Shown here: one piece after another, positions 29,538-39,822 of the stretch
How the letters are laid out: each line of letters starts with the position of its first letter
Numbering within the stretch: the first letter of the stretch is position 1
Source: a virus
Direction: 5' to 3' (one strand)
IMG/VR virus record: IMGVR_UViG_3300021138_000007
Span: 32,001-96,000 of that record
DNA: 64,000 nucleotides
The notes under the pieces: generated by a model
Database searches by the model: none
The model's input: only the letters and a program-made list of their open reading frames with translations
Told to the model about the DNA's origin: nothing
Translations under genes and position numbers: made by a program

Positions 29538-30323
29538 TTATTTTTTAGGTGTTGGTAATTCAATTCGGAATAATTCGTTATTGTAATAATTATCCCAAAC
29601 TGGACCAGATTTCAGTTTGACATTATAATCTGAAGTAATAATCATAGGCTTATTTGCTTTCTCTCTCGCCGCGATTAATGAGTCTAACTGAAATAGGAAA
29701 TGTTTTTGTTCTAATCCATAATCATGTAATCCATCAATAATGATTAAATCTAAATAAGTAAAATCTTCAATGAGACTTTTCTGTTCTTCTCTGCTATCAA
29801 AATTAATTAGATTTCTAACAATATCAACATTCCAATCATAATATCTGACAGTCATGCCTAATTCAACGGCATGTTTCGCCACAATAGCGGCCAACATAGT
29901 TTTACCACTATTATTGCCCCCAACGAGTAATAATGATCGTAACTTAATTCTAAAATTCAATTCATTATTGACTATTGTTAAAAATTCTCCATCAACAACT
30001 TTCTCAAGATTCTTGATGTAAAATTGCATAATCATTTTAACTTTTTTCTTTATGGGTTTTGATACGCCCAAATCGTCTCCAAAAGCATCTTGGTTTAAAT
30101 TCCAATGTTCTTTGAGATTTAAGTGCCAAAATGATTTTGGTATAGATGCTTCTTCATAAGCGTGATATAATTCTTTTTTCTTTTGACATACACACGTATT
30201 TGCTTCTTTATTGTCATTTAATAAATAACCTTTATCTTTGCAAATATCACATTTATGAAGGTTCTCAGAAGCATCAAACATTGAAATAAATTCCAATTCT
30301 TGTTCGGTTAAATTTTCTTTCAT
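29538..30323 (-). CDS. DnaC/IstB-like helicase loader ATPase
   Basis: CDIC...CVC, ASIP, GGNNSGKT, LIIIDGL, IITSD; next to dnaB. Confidence 0.8.
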   Translation of the reverse strand: MKENLTEQELEFISMFDASENLHKCDICKDKGYLLNDNKEANTCVCQKKKELYHAYEEASIPKSFWHLNLKEHWNLNQDAFGDDLGVSKPIKKKVKMIMQFYIKNLEKVVDGEFLTIVNNELNFRIKLRSLLLVGGNNSGKTMLAAIVAKHAVELGMTVRYYDWNVDIVRNLINFDSREEQKSLIEDFTYLDLIIIDGLHDYGLEQKHFLFQLDSLIAAREKANKPMIITSDYNVKLKSGPVWDNYYNNELFRIELPTPKK

Positions 30324-32005
30324 AATTCTTCTTCGTCCTCAATTTTATCTATATTAGCCATAATTTGCTTCTTGTCTTTAGCTGTTTGCTGAATAATCGG
30401 CTCAATTATTCGCGGAATAGAAGCATTTCTCGCACGTTGCTCTGCCCAATTTCTAAGCTCATCAATATTTTCTTTCATCATCACAGCAATGGGTATTGTG
30501 GAAAGCAAAGCATGCTCTATATCTATAGTGGTCAGATTACGCTTCGATTCACTAAAACTTTTATATAATGCTGAAACAATTGATGCTTCAATTTCAGCAC
30601 CAGTATATCCCGAACTCTTTCTTGCCAAACGATGAACATCAAAATCTTCAGGATTCCGATTCATCTTTGATAAATGTATCCTAAAAATATCTTTACGATC
30701 TTCTTCCGAGGGCAAGTCAACAAAAAATATCTCATCAAACCTACCCTTTCTTAGTAATTCGGGTGGTAATTGTGAAACATTATTCGCAGTTGCCACAACA
30801 TATACTGGAGATGTTTTTTCTTGCATCCAGGTTAAGATAGTGGCAAAAACACGGGAAGTGGTGCCACCATCCGTTTGATTAGATGACGCTATGCCAGATA
30901 AAGCTTTATCAATTTCGTCAGCCCATAAAATACAAGGAGCAATAGATTCTGCAACTTTAATAACTGAACGAATATTTTCTTCTGATTGCCCAACATAACT
31001 TCCTAAAACTTTACCCATATCTAATCGCAATAAAGGTAAATTATAAGCGGACGCTATCGCTTTTGCACACAGACTTTTGCCGCCACCCTGAATACCAATC
31101 ATCAATAAACCTTTGGGATTTGCTGGTAATCCGTATTCAACTGCTTCTCGTGTAAATGCATCTTTGCGCTCATTAAGCCATTTTTTAAGCTCTTGTAAAC
31201 CACCAACACTATTTAAATCAGTATCAACATCAATCCACTCAATTACGCCACTTTTGCGAATAACATCACGTTTTTTAGAGGCAATTGTTTTTGGGTCCAT
31301 GCATGGTTGCGTTAGCATCATATAAGTTGTAATATATTCAACCTCTGTGAGCGTTAAACCCAGAAATGCACGTATGATTTCATCCATTTCATAAGAATCA
31401 TATTTTGTTTTAAAATTTGCCGCAAGCTCTTTATGTTTTTCAGCATGATTGAGCATATTGGAGATTTTATCCTCAATATGCTCTTTCTCAGGCAAAGGCC
31501 AATCAATAACAGACGCAATTTTTTCTAATTCTGGAGGAAGAAAAAGATTAGTGCCAAGAAATACAATCGTCTTATGTTGGCCTTTGTTTAATTCACAAAA
31601 ATTTCTAATCTGCCTAATGATTGTATGTTCAATATTATTTGGATTTCCATAATATCCAATATACTTATGAAAGTCTTTTAAAACTAAAATTAAATAACTG
31701 CCATTAGATGATGTTTTTTGTGTTTGAAACCAAGTTATAACATTTGCAGCATCATAAAAATCGTTTCCTAAATCAAAGCTTGGATCATCACAAGACAATC
31801 CCGTGGCAACATCCCATTGAATAATAGTCCAATTTCTAGATTTACCTTGAGAATTTGGACGAATAGCAATCTCTTTCATAGTTTGAAGAATTCTTTCTTC
31901 TTCATGGCTGATGATCGAAATTAAAGGTCTATTGGAACGAACTTGCCAATCAAATTCGCGCATCGCTTGGCGATGACGAGTTATCGTTTTATTTTCTGAT
32001 GTCAT
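30320..32005 (-). CDS. AAA+ ATPase, Ycf46-like
   Basis: VGGLQELKKWL, PKGLLMIGIQGGGKS, DEIDK, ATAN, LPPELLRKGRFDEIFFVDLP. Confidence 0.93.
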   Translation of the reverse strand: MTSENKTITRHRQAMREFDWQVRSNRPLISIISHEEERILQTMKEIAIRPNSQGKSRNWTIIQWDVATGLSCDDPSFDLGNDFYDAANVITWFQTQKTSSNGSYLILVLKDFHKYIGYYGNPNNIEHTIIRQIRNFCELNKGQHKTIVFLGTNLFLPPELEKIASVIDWPLPEKEHIEDKISNMLNHAEKHKELAANFKTKYDSYEMDEIIRAFLGLTLTEVEYITTYMMLTQPCMDPKTIASKKRDVIRKSGVIEWIDVDTDLNSVGGLQELKKWLNERKDAFTREAVEYGLPANPKGLLMIGIQGGGKSLCAKAIASAYNLPLLRLDMGKVLGSYVGQSEENIRSVIKVAESIAPCILWADEIDKALSGIASSNQTDGGTTSRVFATILTWMQEKTSPVYVVATANNVSQLPPELLRKGRFDEIFFVDLPSEEDRKDIFRIHLSKMNRNPEDFDVHRLARKSSGYTGAEIEASIVSALYKSFSESKRNLTTIDIEHALLSTIPIAVMMKENIDELRNWAEQRARNASIPRIIEPIIQQTAKDKKQIMANIDKIEDEEEL

Positions 32006-32021
32006 GTTTTATTATCGTGCG

Positions 32022-32810
32022 TTATCTGCGTCTTTTTGGTGATTGTTTTTTCTTTAGTGGTGTGGTCGCCCCATAATCTGATAAACCATAATACCAATTC
32101 ATAAAATCACTACCTTTAGTTAAATCAATTTGAGAAGTTGCAGGATCAATAGATATGATTCTTTGTCCACCATAATATTTATTTCTAGCAGCGTCAGCAT
32201 ATTTTATGGCATTAGCAAATTGATTTGCTAAATGAGCGCCATTATTAATGTTTTTTAGTATCCATTCATAATATTCATTGAGCGTTTTGCCATTGCCAAC
32301 TTTTGATATTAAATATTCGGGTAAACTATTATAATCAATTATAACACCCGCTTGATCTGAGGATTCATTTTGATTAATTTGATTTTGCCATTTTTGCAAA
32401 TTTTCCGATGTTTGTTTTTCAATTAATGCATCTTGATCGGTATTTACATATGAAGTTTTATCCTCAGTTAAAGGATAATCTTTAATGTTTTCCTGTCGAT
32501 TACTGTTTAAATAATCCCATAGTTGTTTATATGTTGAATTTTGATTGTTACCAAGCCATGTATATTGAGCAGCATAATCTTTGCTTAGCCGATTGATTGC
32601 ATCCACAGGAGACATATTAGAATAGCCCTGTGTATTATAAACATTAATAATATATTGCAATTGCTGATTTAAATCATTTGTCTGAATTTGTGTTTGATTA
32701 TTAGAATTATTATTAGGTACATTGGTATTTTCAGCAGGATATTGAGATGGCTGATTTTGAGTCATCTGTTGTGAAACTGGACCATATTGTTGTGAAAATT
32801 TATACCACAT
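32022..32810 (-). CDS. MWY-leader protein (Q/N-rich), putative virion protein
   Basis: Start reassigned to MWYKFSQ, 9 nt behind an AGGA-N18-GAAT motif. Confidence 0.6.
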   Translation of the reverse strand: MWYKFSQQYGPVSQQMTQNQPSQYPAENTNVPNNNSNNQTQIQTNDLNQQLQYIINVYNTQGYSNMSPVDAINRLSKDYAAQYTWLGNNQNSTYKQLWDYLNSNRQENIKDYPLTEDKTSYVNTDQDALIEKQTSENLQKWQNQINQNESSDQAGVIIDYNSLPEYLISKVGNGKTLNEYYEWILKNINNGAHLANQFANAIKYADAARNKYYGGQRIISIDPATSQIDLTKGSDFMNWYYGLSDYGATTPLKKKQSPKRRR

Positions 32811-32845
32811 ATTTAATGTATTCCTCAATTTATATTGAATCTCCT

Positions 32846-33559
32846 TTAAATAGGAGTGAATTCTTCTATGAGCTGTTTGTATTGGGGACTCCAAACACGA
32901 TCACGAAAAGATAACATAACTTTGCGTAATTCAGACCAGCAATGCCAAAATTCTTTAGCATATTCCTTGCAAATTTCGCGTTCTTGTTCTACGGATTTAT
33001 TTAAAGCGCTTTCATATTCATGGTATCTTGGGTTTCTTGAATTCCATATAGGAGCATTAGGCAAATCATATTGTTTCCAATGCTGCGTGAAATCATCATC
33101 TCTTACCATGCTATTAATAGCATTTTCGTCCAACTCTTTTAATCTTTGATCAATTTCTTGGATTTTATTAATGTATTTCTCAATATCAATATCCTTGTAA
33201 AACATATGTTCATACAAATACATAAAAGTAGGCATACCTTTTTTAATTGATTGTAATCTTAGTATTTGGCAAGCAAAAGCTATGCCTTGATAATGATCTA
33301 ATGCTTGCCCTTCATAATAATGAAAATCGCCCTCTGATCTGGGGTTATTAACGTCTATTTGAGTAATATTATCATCATAATCATCTGGTACAGGAGCGTT
33401 AACTTTAATGGCTTTAAAACCCCGAGATGATAAATCTAATTCTTTGCCAGTAGAAAGTGCGTCCATAATATCATGGACGGCATCATCTATTCTTACTTCT
33501 TTATTTAATTCGTTTAAATCATAAGAATCATTCGCAATTTTAATTACTCTATACCACAT
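32846..33559 (-). CDS. MWY-leader protein
   Basis: Begins MWYRVIKIA, 9 nt behind AGGA-N18-CAAT. Confidence 0.6.
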   Translation of the reverse strand: MWYRVIKIANDSYDLNELNKEVRIDDAVHDIMDALSTGKELDLSSRGFKAIKVNAPVPDDYDDNITQIDVNNPRSEGDFHYYEGQALDHYQGIAFACQILRLQSIKKGMPTFMYLYEHMFYKDIDIEKYINKIQEIDQRLKELDENAINSMVRDDDFTQHWKQYDLPNAPIWNSRNPRYHEYESALNKSVEQEREICKEYAKEFWHCWSELRKVMLSFRDRVWSPQYKQLIEEFTPI

Positions 33560-33594
33560 ATTTAATATATTGAATATGACAAAACAAAAATCCT

Positions 33595-34461
33595 TTAAGG
33601 GGATTTCAGTTTGTCATATTGTGAAAGAGATTTACCTTTATAATCTTCGTCTCTCCACCAATTTTCATGATGAAAACGAGAAACATAAGTTTCAAATCGG
33701 TTGCGCCAATCTAATAGCACAAAATCTTCTGGATACGGAGATAAAATGATCGATTTATTAATCATTTCAGTAAATCTTTGTCTTTCTACCGAATTTCCCT
33801 TTGACAAAGTGTCAAGAAATTTTTCAATACCCGCTACAATAGCTGGCTCTTTCATACCCTGCACATTTACAAAATACGAAGCAGCGACAGGAATACCAAA
33901 TCGTAAGAAAATTTCTTTTGCTTTACCTTCTTTATTGGCCTCTTCAATCTCTTTTAAGATATCTTCTTCGCAATAAGAACGATCAACTTCGTCTTTCTCA
34001 ACTTTGGGCAATACTACATCTTGATAAAAGTAATTAACATATCTATTAATGTCTTGAATCGTAAAATGACCTTCTTTTTTTATAATATCTGAACGTCTCT
34101 TAAATGACCAATCTACAAATTTTTTGGTCCATTCTTTTTTCTCTAACCCTGTAGAAGTAAAAAACTTGAAAATTTCTTTAAAAGTTGTCATATCTGAACG
34201 ATACATAACGCGATAATTGCCATTTGTTTCTTCTTGATATTTTTGAGCAAAATATTCCACAAACACTTTCGGCGTCCATTGCTTGATATTATCAGGGAAT
34301 ACCTTATTCCTGTCAGAAATAATCTCGCCCAAGGTGAGTTCGTTTTTCTTCTTTTTAAAAGGATTTGATAATTCTCCCTGTGCAGGAATGGATGTTTTCA
34401 TTATGTTTTTAATTATTGTTTTTGATTGATCTTCTTTAGTTTGTCTCATTTTCTTCTTCAA
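33595..34461 (-). CDS. Hypothetical protein
   Basis: 288-aa ORF; start uncertain. Confidence 0.6.
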   Translation of the reverse strand: MKKKMRQTKEDQSKTIIKNIMKTSIPAQGELSNPFKKKKNELTLGEIISDRNKVFPDNIKQWTPKVFVEYFAQKYQEETNGNYRVMYRSDMTTFKEIFKFFTSTGLEKKEWTKKFVDWSFKRRSDIIKKEGHFTIQDINRYVNYFYQDVVLPKVEKDEVDRSYCEEDILKEIEEANKEGKAKEIFLRFGIPVAASYFVNVQGMKEPAIVAGIEKFLDTLSKGNSVERQRFTEMINKSIILSPYPEDFVLLDWRNRFETYVSRFHHENWWRDEDYKGKSLSQYDKLKSP

Positions 34462-35209
34462 TAGATTCTATGTCATACTCATAATCATAATCGACAATAG
34501 AATGTTCTTCCATTTTATTCTTTAATTCTTCGTAAGTTATGTTTTCAACGTCAGCAATCCCATTCTCTTTTTTAACATAAATTATGTTATCAGCAATTTG
34601 CCCAAATACTTCAGCCTTATGTGTGGCGAAAATAATCTGTCTACCAGTTTCATCAGCTATGTATCTCAAAAATTGGGCAATTTTCTCCAATTTAGAGTCA
34701 TTGCTGATACTCTTATATGCCTCATCTAAAAGCAATGGGCCTTCATAGCCTTGCCACTCCAAGGCGGCAATACGCAATGCGAATGAAACAGTTTCAATAA
34801 CACCGCCACCACGCTCACCAAATAAACCTGTTGCAAATTCTTTACCTTTAAAATCGCTTACAACCTGTATATCCATATTGAAACCAGTTGATTTACCAGC
34901 AGCGCGTTTTTCATCATAAGTATTGAATTTTAATTTATAATCTGAACCATAAACAATTTTCAAAGCACTTGTTCCCATTGATTCAATAGCATCAATGGCT
35001 TGTTTGCGGCGCTCAAAAATTTCTGATTGTAAAAAGTTTTTAGCCTTTTCGTTAAGAATTTGTTCTTCTTTATATTTGGACACTAAAGCTTTTTCTTCTT
35101 CCAGACTTTTTTCAAGCTGTTCTTTTGCACCCTGGCGTTTAGCTAATTGACTAGAACAATTAGCTAAATCATTTTTTATATTTTCCCAACTTGTTAATAC
35201 TTCTGTCAT
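34436..35209 (-). CDS. sbcC: SbcC/Rad50 C-terminal half (signature, Walker B, H-loop)
   Basis: Coiled coil, then RGGG...SFALRIA, LLLDEAY, IFATH; no Walker A. Confidence 0.85.
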   Translation of the reverse strand: MTEVLTSWENIKNDLANCSSQLAKRQGAKEQLEKSLEEEKALVSKYKEEQILNEKAKNFLQSEIFERRKQAIDAIESMGTSALKIVYGSDYKLKFNTYDEKRAAGKSTGFNMDIQVVSDFKGKEFATGLFGERGGGVIETVSFALRIAALEWQGYEGPLLLDEAYKSISNDSKLEKIAQFLRYIADETGRQIIFATHKAEVFGQIADNIIYVKKENGIADVENITYEELKNKMEEHSIVDYDYEYDIESIEEENETN

Positions 35210-35217
35210 AATCTCAC

Positions 35218-35955
35218 TTAAATTATTGCTTTTACTCTTTTAATATTTTGCATATTATGAAACATACAACCGAACTTAGATTTAGCTATAATGCACGATT
35301 TTTCGGTTTCAGGATCATAACCGCCAGTTAATACCCAATCTGATCTAATAGGCATAATTCCAGTGAGTTCTGATGATGGAATCGAATAAACCATTGTCTG
35401 CTTAATGCCATTATTTAAAGGACATAAATTGTATTCTGTAAAACTATCGTTTAATTTATGATTTAAATATTTATTGCAAATAATTGATTTAGTCAAATCA
35501 GAAACTAAATGATCTTTTAATTGTTTTTTATCTGAAATAACTGGACAATCAGCAATTGCAGAATCTAATCCAAAAGTTAAAATACGATTCTCGTATTTTA
35601 AAATTGCCTGAAACATATATTTGATTTGCTTATAAATTTGTTGTTCTTTCATTTCTGGATCAAAATCAAAGTTTCTTGTAATAATATGTTCTGGACAACC
35701 AACAGAAATATTTGTATTACTTACAAAACCTTTGGCATATTTACTTCCTGGCTGCAACATTGATACTTTTCTGGACGAATCAAGACAATATACGGAATGA
35801 GCCAGAGGAGTAAGAAAATCAGTAGACAATAACTTTCTCAAATATGATTCCTTAAGCAATGGTTCCAACTCTTTATTTGCTTTTGATAAAGCTCGACTCA
35901 TTTCCTCATCAAATTCAGGAAATACTGCCAGTGTCATATGACCTTGTATTCTCAT
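35218..35955 (-). CDS. Hypothetical protein, possibly a degenerate major-capsid-like paralog
   Basis: QAILKYENRIL...GIMPIRSD...KFGCMFHN recalls HK97-fold capsid C-termini; from recall only. Confidence 0.35.
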   Translation of the reverse strand: MRIQGHMTLAVFPEFDEEMSRALSKANKELEPLLKESYLRKLLSTDFLTPLAHSVYCLDSSRKVSMLQPGSKYAKGFVSNTNISVGCPEHIITRNFDFDPEMKEQQIYKQIKYMFQAILKYENRILTFGLDSAIADCPVISDKKQLKDHLVSDLTKSIICNKYLNHKLNDSFTEYNLCPLNNGIKQTMVYSIPSSELTGIMPIRSDWVLTGGYDPETEKSCIIAKSKFGCMFHNMQNIKRVKAII

Positions 35956-36218
35956 TACTTTCCTCCCATTAAAGATGCTAATCTTGGTTTTAATTTTTCC
36001 ATTGATTCTTGCATTTCTAAAGCAATATCATTTATTTTTTGTTCCAATTCTTTAGGGACACAATCAAAATTGTCTTTGATTTCATTTGTTAATTCATCAT
36101 ATTGTGGTTTAAGCTCATTAAGTTGTTTTTCCAAAATGGTTACTTCTGTTTTAGCTTGATTTCTTAGTTCTTGTAATTTTTTAAAATCTTCTTGAATTTC
36201 TTCTAAATTTATTTCCAT
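35955..36218 (-). CDS. Small coiled-coil protein
   Basis: Heptad-rich 87 aa with SD, directly after sbcD. Confidence 0.65.
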   Translation of the reverse strand: MEINLEEIQEDFKKLQELRNQAKTEVTILEKQLNELKPQYDELTNEIKDNFDCVPKELEQKINDIALEMQESMEKLKPRLASLMGGK

Positions 36219-36226
36219 GTGATCCT

Positions 36227-37198
36227 CTATTTGTTATCATTAACTTCTTTTAAAGCTGTAATAGCTTTATCAATAACTTTTGTATCAATTGATTTAATAG
36301 TTCCAGCTTTTCTTAGATTTTCATATTTGTCGCCAGTGCTATTAATTATGGCGATTTGAGACACCTGTTTCAAAAATTGTCTTTTATCTGTTTGAATGTC
36401 TTTTTTGTTTTGTATTTGACTTACTTTAAATATCTCTTTTGCTGGCAGGGCTGATTTTAATGCGATATATTTATAGTCAACTTTTGTTGCATCTAAATTA
36501 TGATCCATTAACAATACTTTAATGTCACGAGACATATTTTCTTTTGTAGCAGCATTTCTACCAACATTACCAGGATTAATAAACAATTTACCATCTTTGC
36601 GTTTTTGTTCCATAGGCATATGCACATGACCAGCAATAACTACATTTGTTCCTTTGCCCAAAGGAACATCTTCAAACATGATAAATTTGCCAAATATTTT
36701 TTGTGTCACAATACTTGCATGTGCTACCCAAATCGGATATTGCTTTTTTTGAAACAATCCTTTTGAAATATTTTCTTCTATATGAGGTTCAAAATGAGCG
36801 AACCCAATTCCATATTGAGAAACAGCATCCACTTTTTCAAGATAACCAGCAATTAAAAGACTGCCTAAAGTTGACTCATGAAGCCTCTGAGGATCGTGTT
36901 TAATATCATGATTGCCAACACAAACGTATTTATCGAACAACCACTTGTCGCCATTTGGTTGTTCTTTTAATACTTGCATAATTTTATTGCGGCAACTGCC
37001 TCCAACCTCAATTCGGTTGAAAATATCACCCAGGAATACAATATAATCGCAATTATTATCTCTTGCAATTTCTAAACATTCAAGTAATTCCGCAACTGTG
37101 GCGTTTTCATAATTATCATTTCTTGATGGCAAATTGGCAGAATCACAATGATTGTCCCCAATATATAAACCCCTAAACGTTTTTTTATTTAATGCCAC
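36227..37198 (-). CDS. sbcD: SbcD/Mre11 metallophosphoesterase nuclease
   Basis: GDNH, LGDIF, GNHD, AH, GHVH, NPG. Confidence 0.92.
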   Translation of the reverse strand: MALNKKTFRGLYIGDNHCDSANLPSRNDNYENATVAELLECLEIARDNNCDYIVFLGDIFNRIEVGGSCRNKIMQVLKEQPNGDKWLFDKYVCVGNHDIKHDPQRLHESTLGSLLIAGYLEKVDAVSQYGIGFAHFEPHIEENISKGLFQKKQYPIWVAHASIVTQKIFGKFIMFEDVPLGKGTNVVIAGHVHMPMEQKRKDGKLFINPGNVGRNAATKENMSRDIKVLLMDHNLDATKVDYKYIALKSALPAKEIFKVSQIQNKKDIQTDKRQFLKQVSQIAIINSTGDKYENLRKAGTIKSIDTKVIDKAITALKEVNDNK

Positions 37199-38369
37199 AA
37201 TTATCCTCCATCAATGGCCGATCACATTTATCGCACCATAAATTGTTTTTCTTCATATGTTTTTTAAGTTTTTCTAGTTCTTTGTCACAATCTTGTAATT
37301 TGCTTGTCCATACTTTAATTTCCGATTGATATTTATCTTGTTTTTGATTTAATTTATTCAGTTTAGACACAAGTTCTTGGGCTAAATCACATTTACTATT
37401 TAATTCATCGAGTCTAGAAAATATCTCTGTATTTTCATCATTGAAAAAAATCTTGATATTTTTCAATTTCTTTACTTGAGATTCTCTTTGGGATTCAAAT
37501 AATTTGTATTTATTCAATAAGCTATTTGCTAAACTTATTTTTGTATTTAACTTTTCCAGTTCATCAAATTCATTGGAATAACTCATTATTAACTTTGCTC
37601 TATCTATTTGTGATTTTAAACTTCTGGCTTGTTGCATTAACTGATTTTTCTTAAACAATAAATTATTTCCAAGATTTAACAAATCCCCCAAATCATCAAT
37701 TTCTTTAGCATCTAGCTTTAACTGAGCAAGTCTTTTTAATTTAATGGGAACGTCATTATACTCTTCCAACGACTGCTCAATCCTTTGTACTCTTGCCTCA
37801 GATGATTTCGCTTCTTTAGCGGCAGAATTCGCAGATGATTGTAAATTCTTAACAGCCTCTTCGTAATCACTAATTCCCGTTAAATCTGAAAGAACACGAG
37901 GAATTTCTGTGCTTGTCAAAGACACAATGAACAAATTTCCCATTTGTTCTGCATATGATACAGGACCATGAGAATCAATAATTGGTGGATTACCCAATGC
38001 TTCTAATGCCTCTTTGGGCAAAGAACTACCTATTTTCTCGCATACGCGCTCTTCACCATCAGGATAAGTTATATGAACAATATTTCGATCACCTTTAATG
38101 CGATGCACAACATGATTATCAGAAAACCATAAAGCTACACGAGCTTCTTTCTCTCCACAATGAATAAATGAATTATTCTTTGGTTGATTGTGAAGCGCGA
38201 AATTTAAGCCTCTCAATAAAGCTGATTTACCCACATCAGACGATCCCGTAATAATGTTAATCCCTGGAGTGAACGTTACCGTCGTATCTTTATGATCTTG
38301 AAAATTCTCAATATGAGCTTTCTTAATGTAACGCTTTGTTTTAATAGTTCCATCTGTGCTGTCAGACAT
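37185..38369 (-). CDS. sbcC: SbcC/Rad50 N-terminal half ending at the zinc hook
   Basis: IENFQDH, GSSDVGKS, Q-loop, coiled coil, terminal CDKC. Confidence 0.88.
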   Translation of the reverse strand: MSDSTDGTIKTKRYIKKAHIENFQDHKDTTVTFTPGINIITGSSDVGKSALLRGLNFALHNQPKNNSFIHCGEKEARVALWFSDNHVVHRIKGDRNIVHITYPDGEERVCEKIGSSLPKEALEALGNPPIIDSHGPVSYAEQMGNLFIVSLTSTEIPRVLSDLTGISDYEEAVKNLQSSANSAAKEAKSSEARVQRIEQSLEEYNDVPIKLKRLAQLKLDAKEIDDLGDLLNLGNNLLFKKNQLMQQARSLKSQIDRAKLIMSYSNEFDELEKLNTKISLANSLLNKYKLFESQRESQVKKLKNIKIFFNDENTEIFSRLDELNSKCDLAQELVSKLNKLNQKQDKYQSEIKVWTSKLQDCDKELEKLKKHMKKNNLWCDKCDRPLMEDNCGIK

Positions 38370-38379
38370 AATACCTCAT

Positions 38380-39024
38380 CTATATTGCTTCTTCTAAAGA
38401 TAAAGAAAAAACAATTCCTGCAAAAAAGTTGTTTAAAGCATTTTCACGCTTAATGTTTTCAATACTATTATTGTGCAAAGTATCATAGATTTGTATATAT
38501 TTTATTGAAAATTCGTGAAGCAAAGTAATTGCGGCTGTTACAACACAATCACAATGATTGCTTGCAGGCACGTAAATTCGGTTACATCTGGGACATTCAA
38601 TTTTCCTAATATCTAAAACAGGACTCGCCCGTAGAGTCGAATAATCTCTTGGAAAATGCTCATTCGTTTTTAAATGAACAAAAAAGCATTGATGCATTGT
38701 GCTATATGAAGCATATTTAACTTTTCCTACAATTAAATCATTATAAAAAATATCAACTAACTCAGGCTTGTATTTCAATAAATTTTCTTGACTAACAACA
38801 TATCCATCATGACTAATATAATTAGAGATAAATAAAGGAATTTTTTTACTATTGTCATTGAGAGATATAATACTTCCTGTTTTGTATGTAAAATCAGCAT
38901 TCATAAAAAGGATTATAGGCTGTAAATATAGAAATTTTCCAATGATGGTACAAATTAAATTAGACAGGGATATGTTAGTTGAAGAATTGTATAGCCTACG
39001 TGCTTTGATTCCAACAGAAATCAA
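38380..39024 (-). CDS. Hypothetical protein with CxxC (start probably internal)
   Basis: CPRC...HCDC; 5' part overlaps an opposite-strand gene. Confidence 0.4.
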   Translation of the reverse strand: MISVGIKARRLYNSSTNISLSNLICTIIGKFLYLQPIILFMNADFTYKTGSIISLNDNSKKIPLFISNYISHDGYVVSQENLLKYKPELVDIFYNDLIVGKVKYASYSTMHQCFFVHLKTNEHFPRDYSTLRASPVLDIRKIECPRCNRIYVPASNHCDCVVTAAITLLHEFSIKYIQIYDTLHNNSIENIKRENALNNFFAGIVFSLSLEEAI

Positions 39025-39130
39025 TGAAGCTAATACAAAACTTATGGATATTATTCTTTTGGTTCAAAATGCTCCAGTGGATACAAATCAAGCATCATAC
39101 CCTAGAATAAACGGCAGAAGAAGAGGCTAA
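38942..39130 (+). CDS. Small hypothetical protein
   Basis: MMVQIKLDRD..., starting 7 nt after AGGA-N18-GAAA. Confidence 0.5.
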   Translation: MMVQIKLDRDMLVEELYSLRALIPTEINEANTKLMDIILLVQNAPVDTNQASYPRINGRRRG

Positions 39131-39133
39131 AAA

Positions 39134-39523
39134 TTGAACGAATTTCAAACAGCTATAAAACTTGCTCATCATTTAGATGCAACGGGGAATTACCATCTCG
39201 CTGATGAAATTGATCACATTTTGATAAAATATGCGCAAAATGCCATTTTACCTGGCAATAATCAAACATATGATCAACAAATTAATCAAATTAACCAAAA
39301 TTTAGTAACAATGGATAGAAACTATAGCAATATGTTTAATTTGTTCAAATTACAACTTAATAGAATTATTCAGCAAATGAATAATACACCAGGAGCGTCT
39401 CCGTCAACAGCAACTTCGGCAGGAGCACCTTCGGCAACTGAATCACAACCAGTAAATAATCCTACAAACAATCCAAATATTAATGTTCCTTCTGGTGGAA
39501 CTGTTAATATCAATACTTTATAG
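39134..39523 (+). CDS. Putative head-associated protein with IKLAxxLDxxGxYxxADEID N-terminal module
   Basis: Module ends in KYAQ; a similar module occurs in 48809..49309. Confidence 0.55.
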   Translation: MNEFQTAIKLAHHLDATGNYHLADEIDHILIKYAQNAILPGNNQTYDQQINQINQNLVTMDRNYSNMFNLFKLQLNRIIQQMNNTPGASPSTATSAGAPSATESQPVNNPTNNPNINVPSGGTVNINTL

Positions 39524-39822
39524 TGAATGGTATGAAATTAAAAGAACTCAAATCTATACAGGAAAAAGCTTTAATCAATGAAGCAACTATCGCAGATGTT
39601 ATTATGATCGTAAGCGAACATTTTGTTTCGTCTAGTGAACATAATAAAAAAACTAATGCGTTGCTTGAAAAGATTTTAGATAATCAAAACAAATTGTTAT
39701 CTAAAATTGAAACATTGGAAACATATGTACTTTCGCCAATTTATCAAGGGATTTTCGAAGAAGAGGAAGAAGAAATTCCTTCCTCTTCTTCGGAGGAAAA
39801 TGAAGAGGAAGAGGAAGATTAA
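39523..39822 (+). CDS. Hypothetical protein with acidic tail
   Basis: ORF track. Confidence 0.5.
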   Translation: MNGMKLKELKSIQEKALINEATIADVIMIVSEHFVSSSEHNKKTNALLEKILDNQNKLLSKIETLETYVLSPIYQGIFEEEEEEIPSSSSEENEEEEED

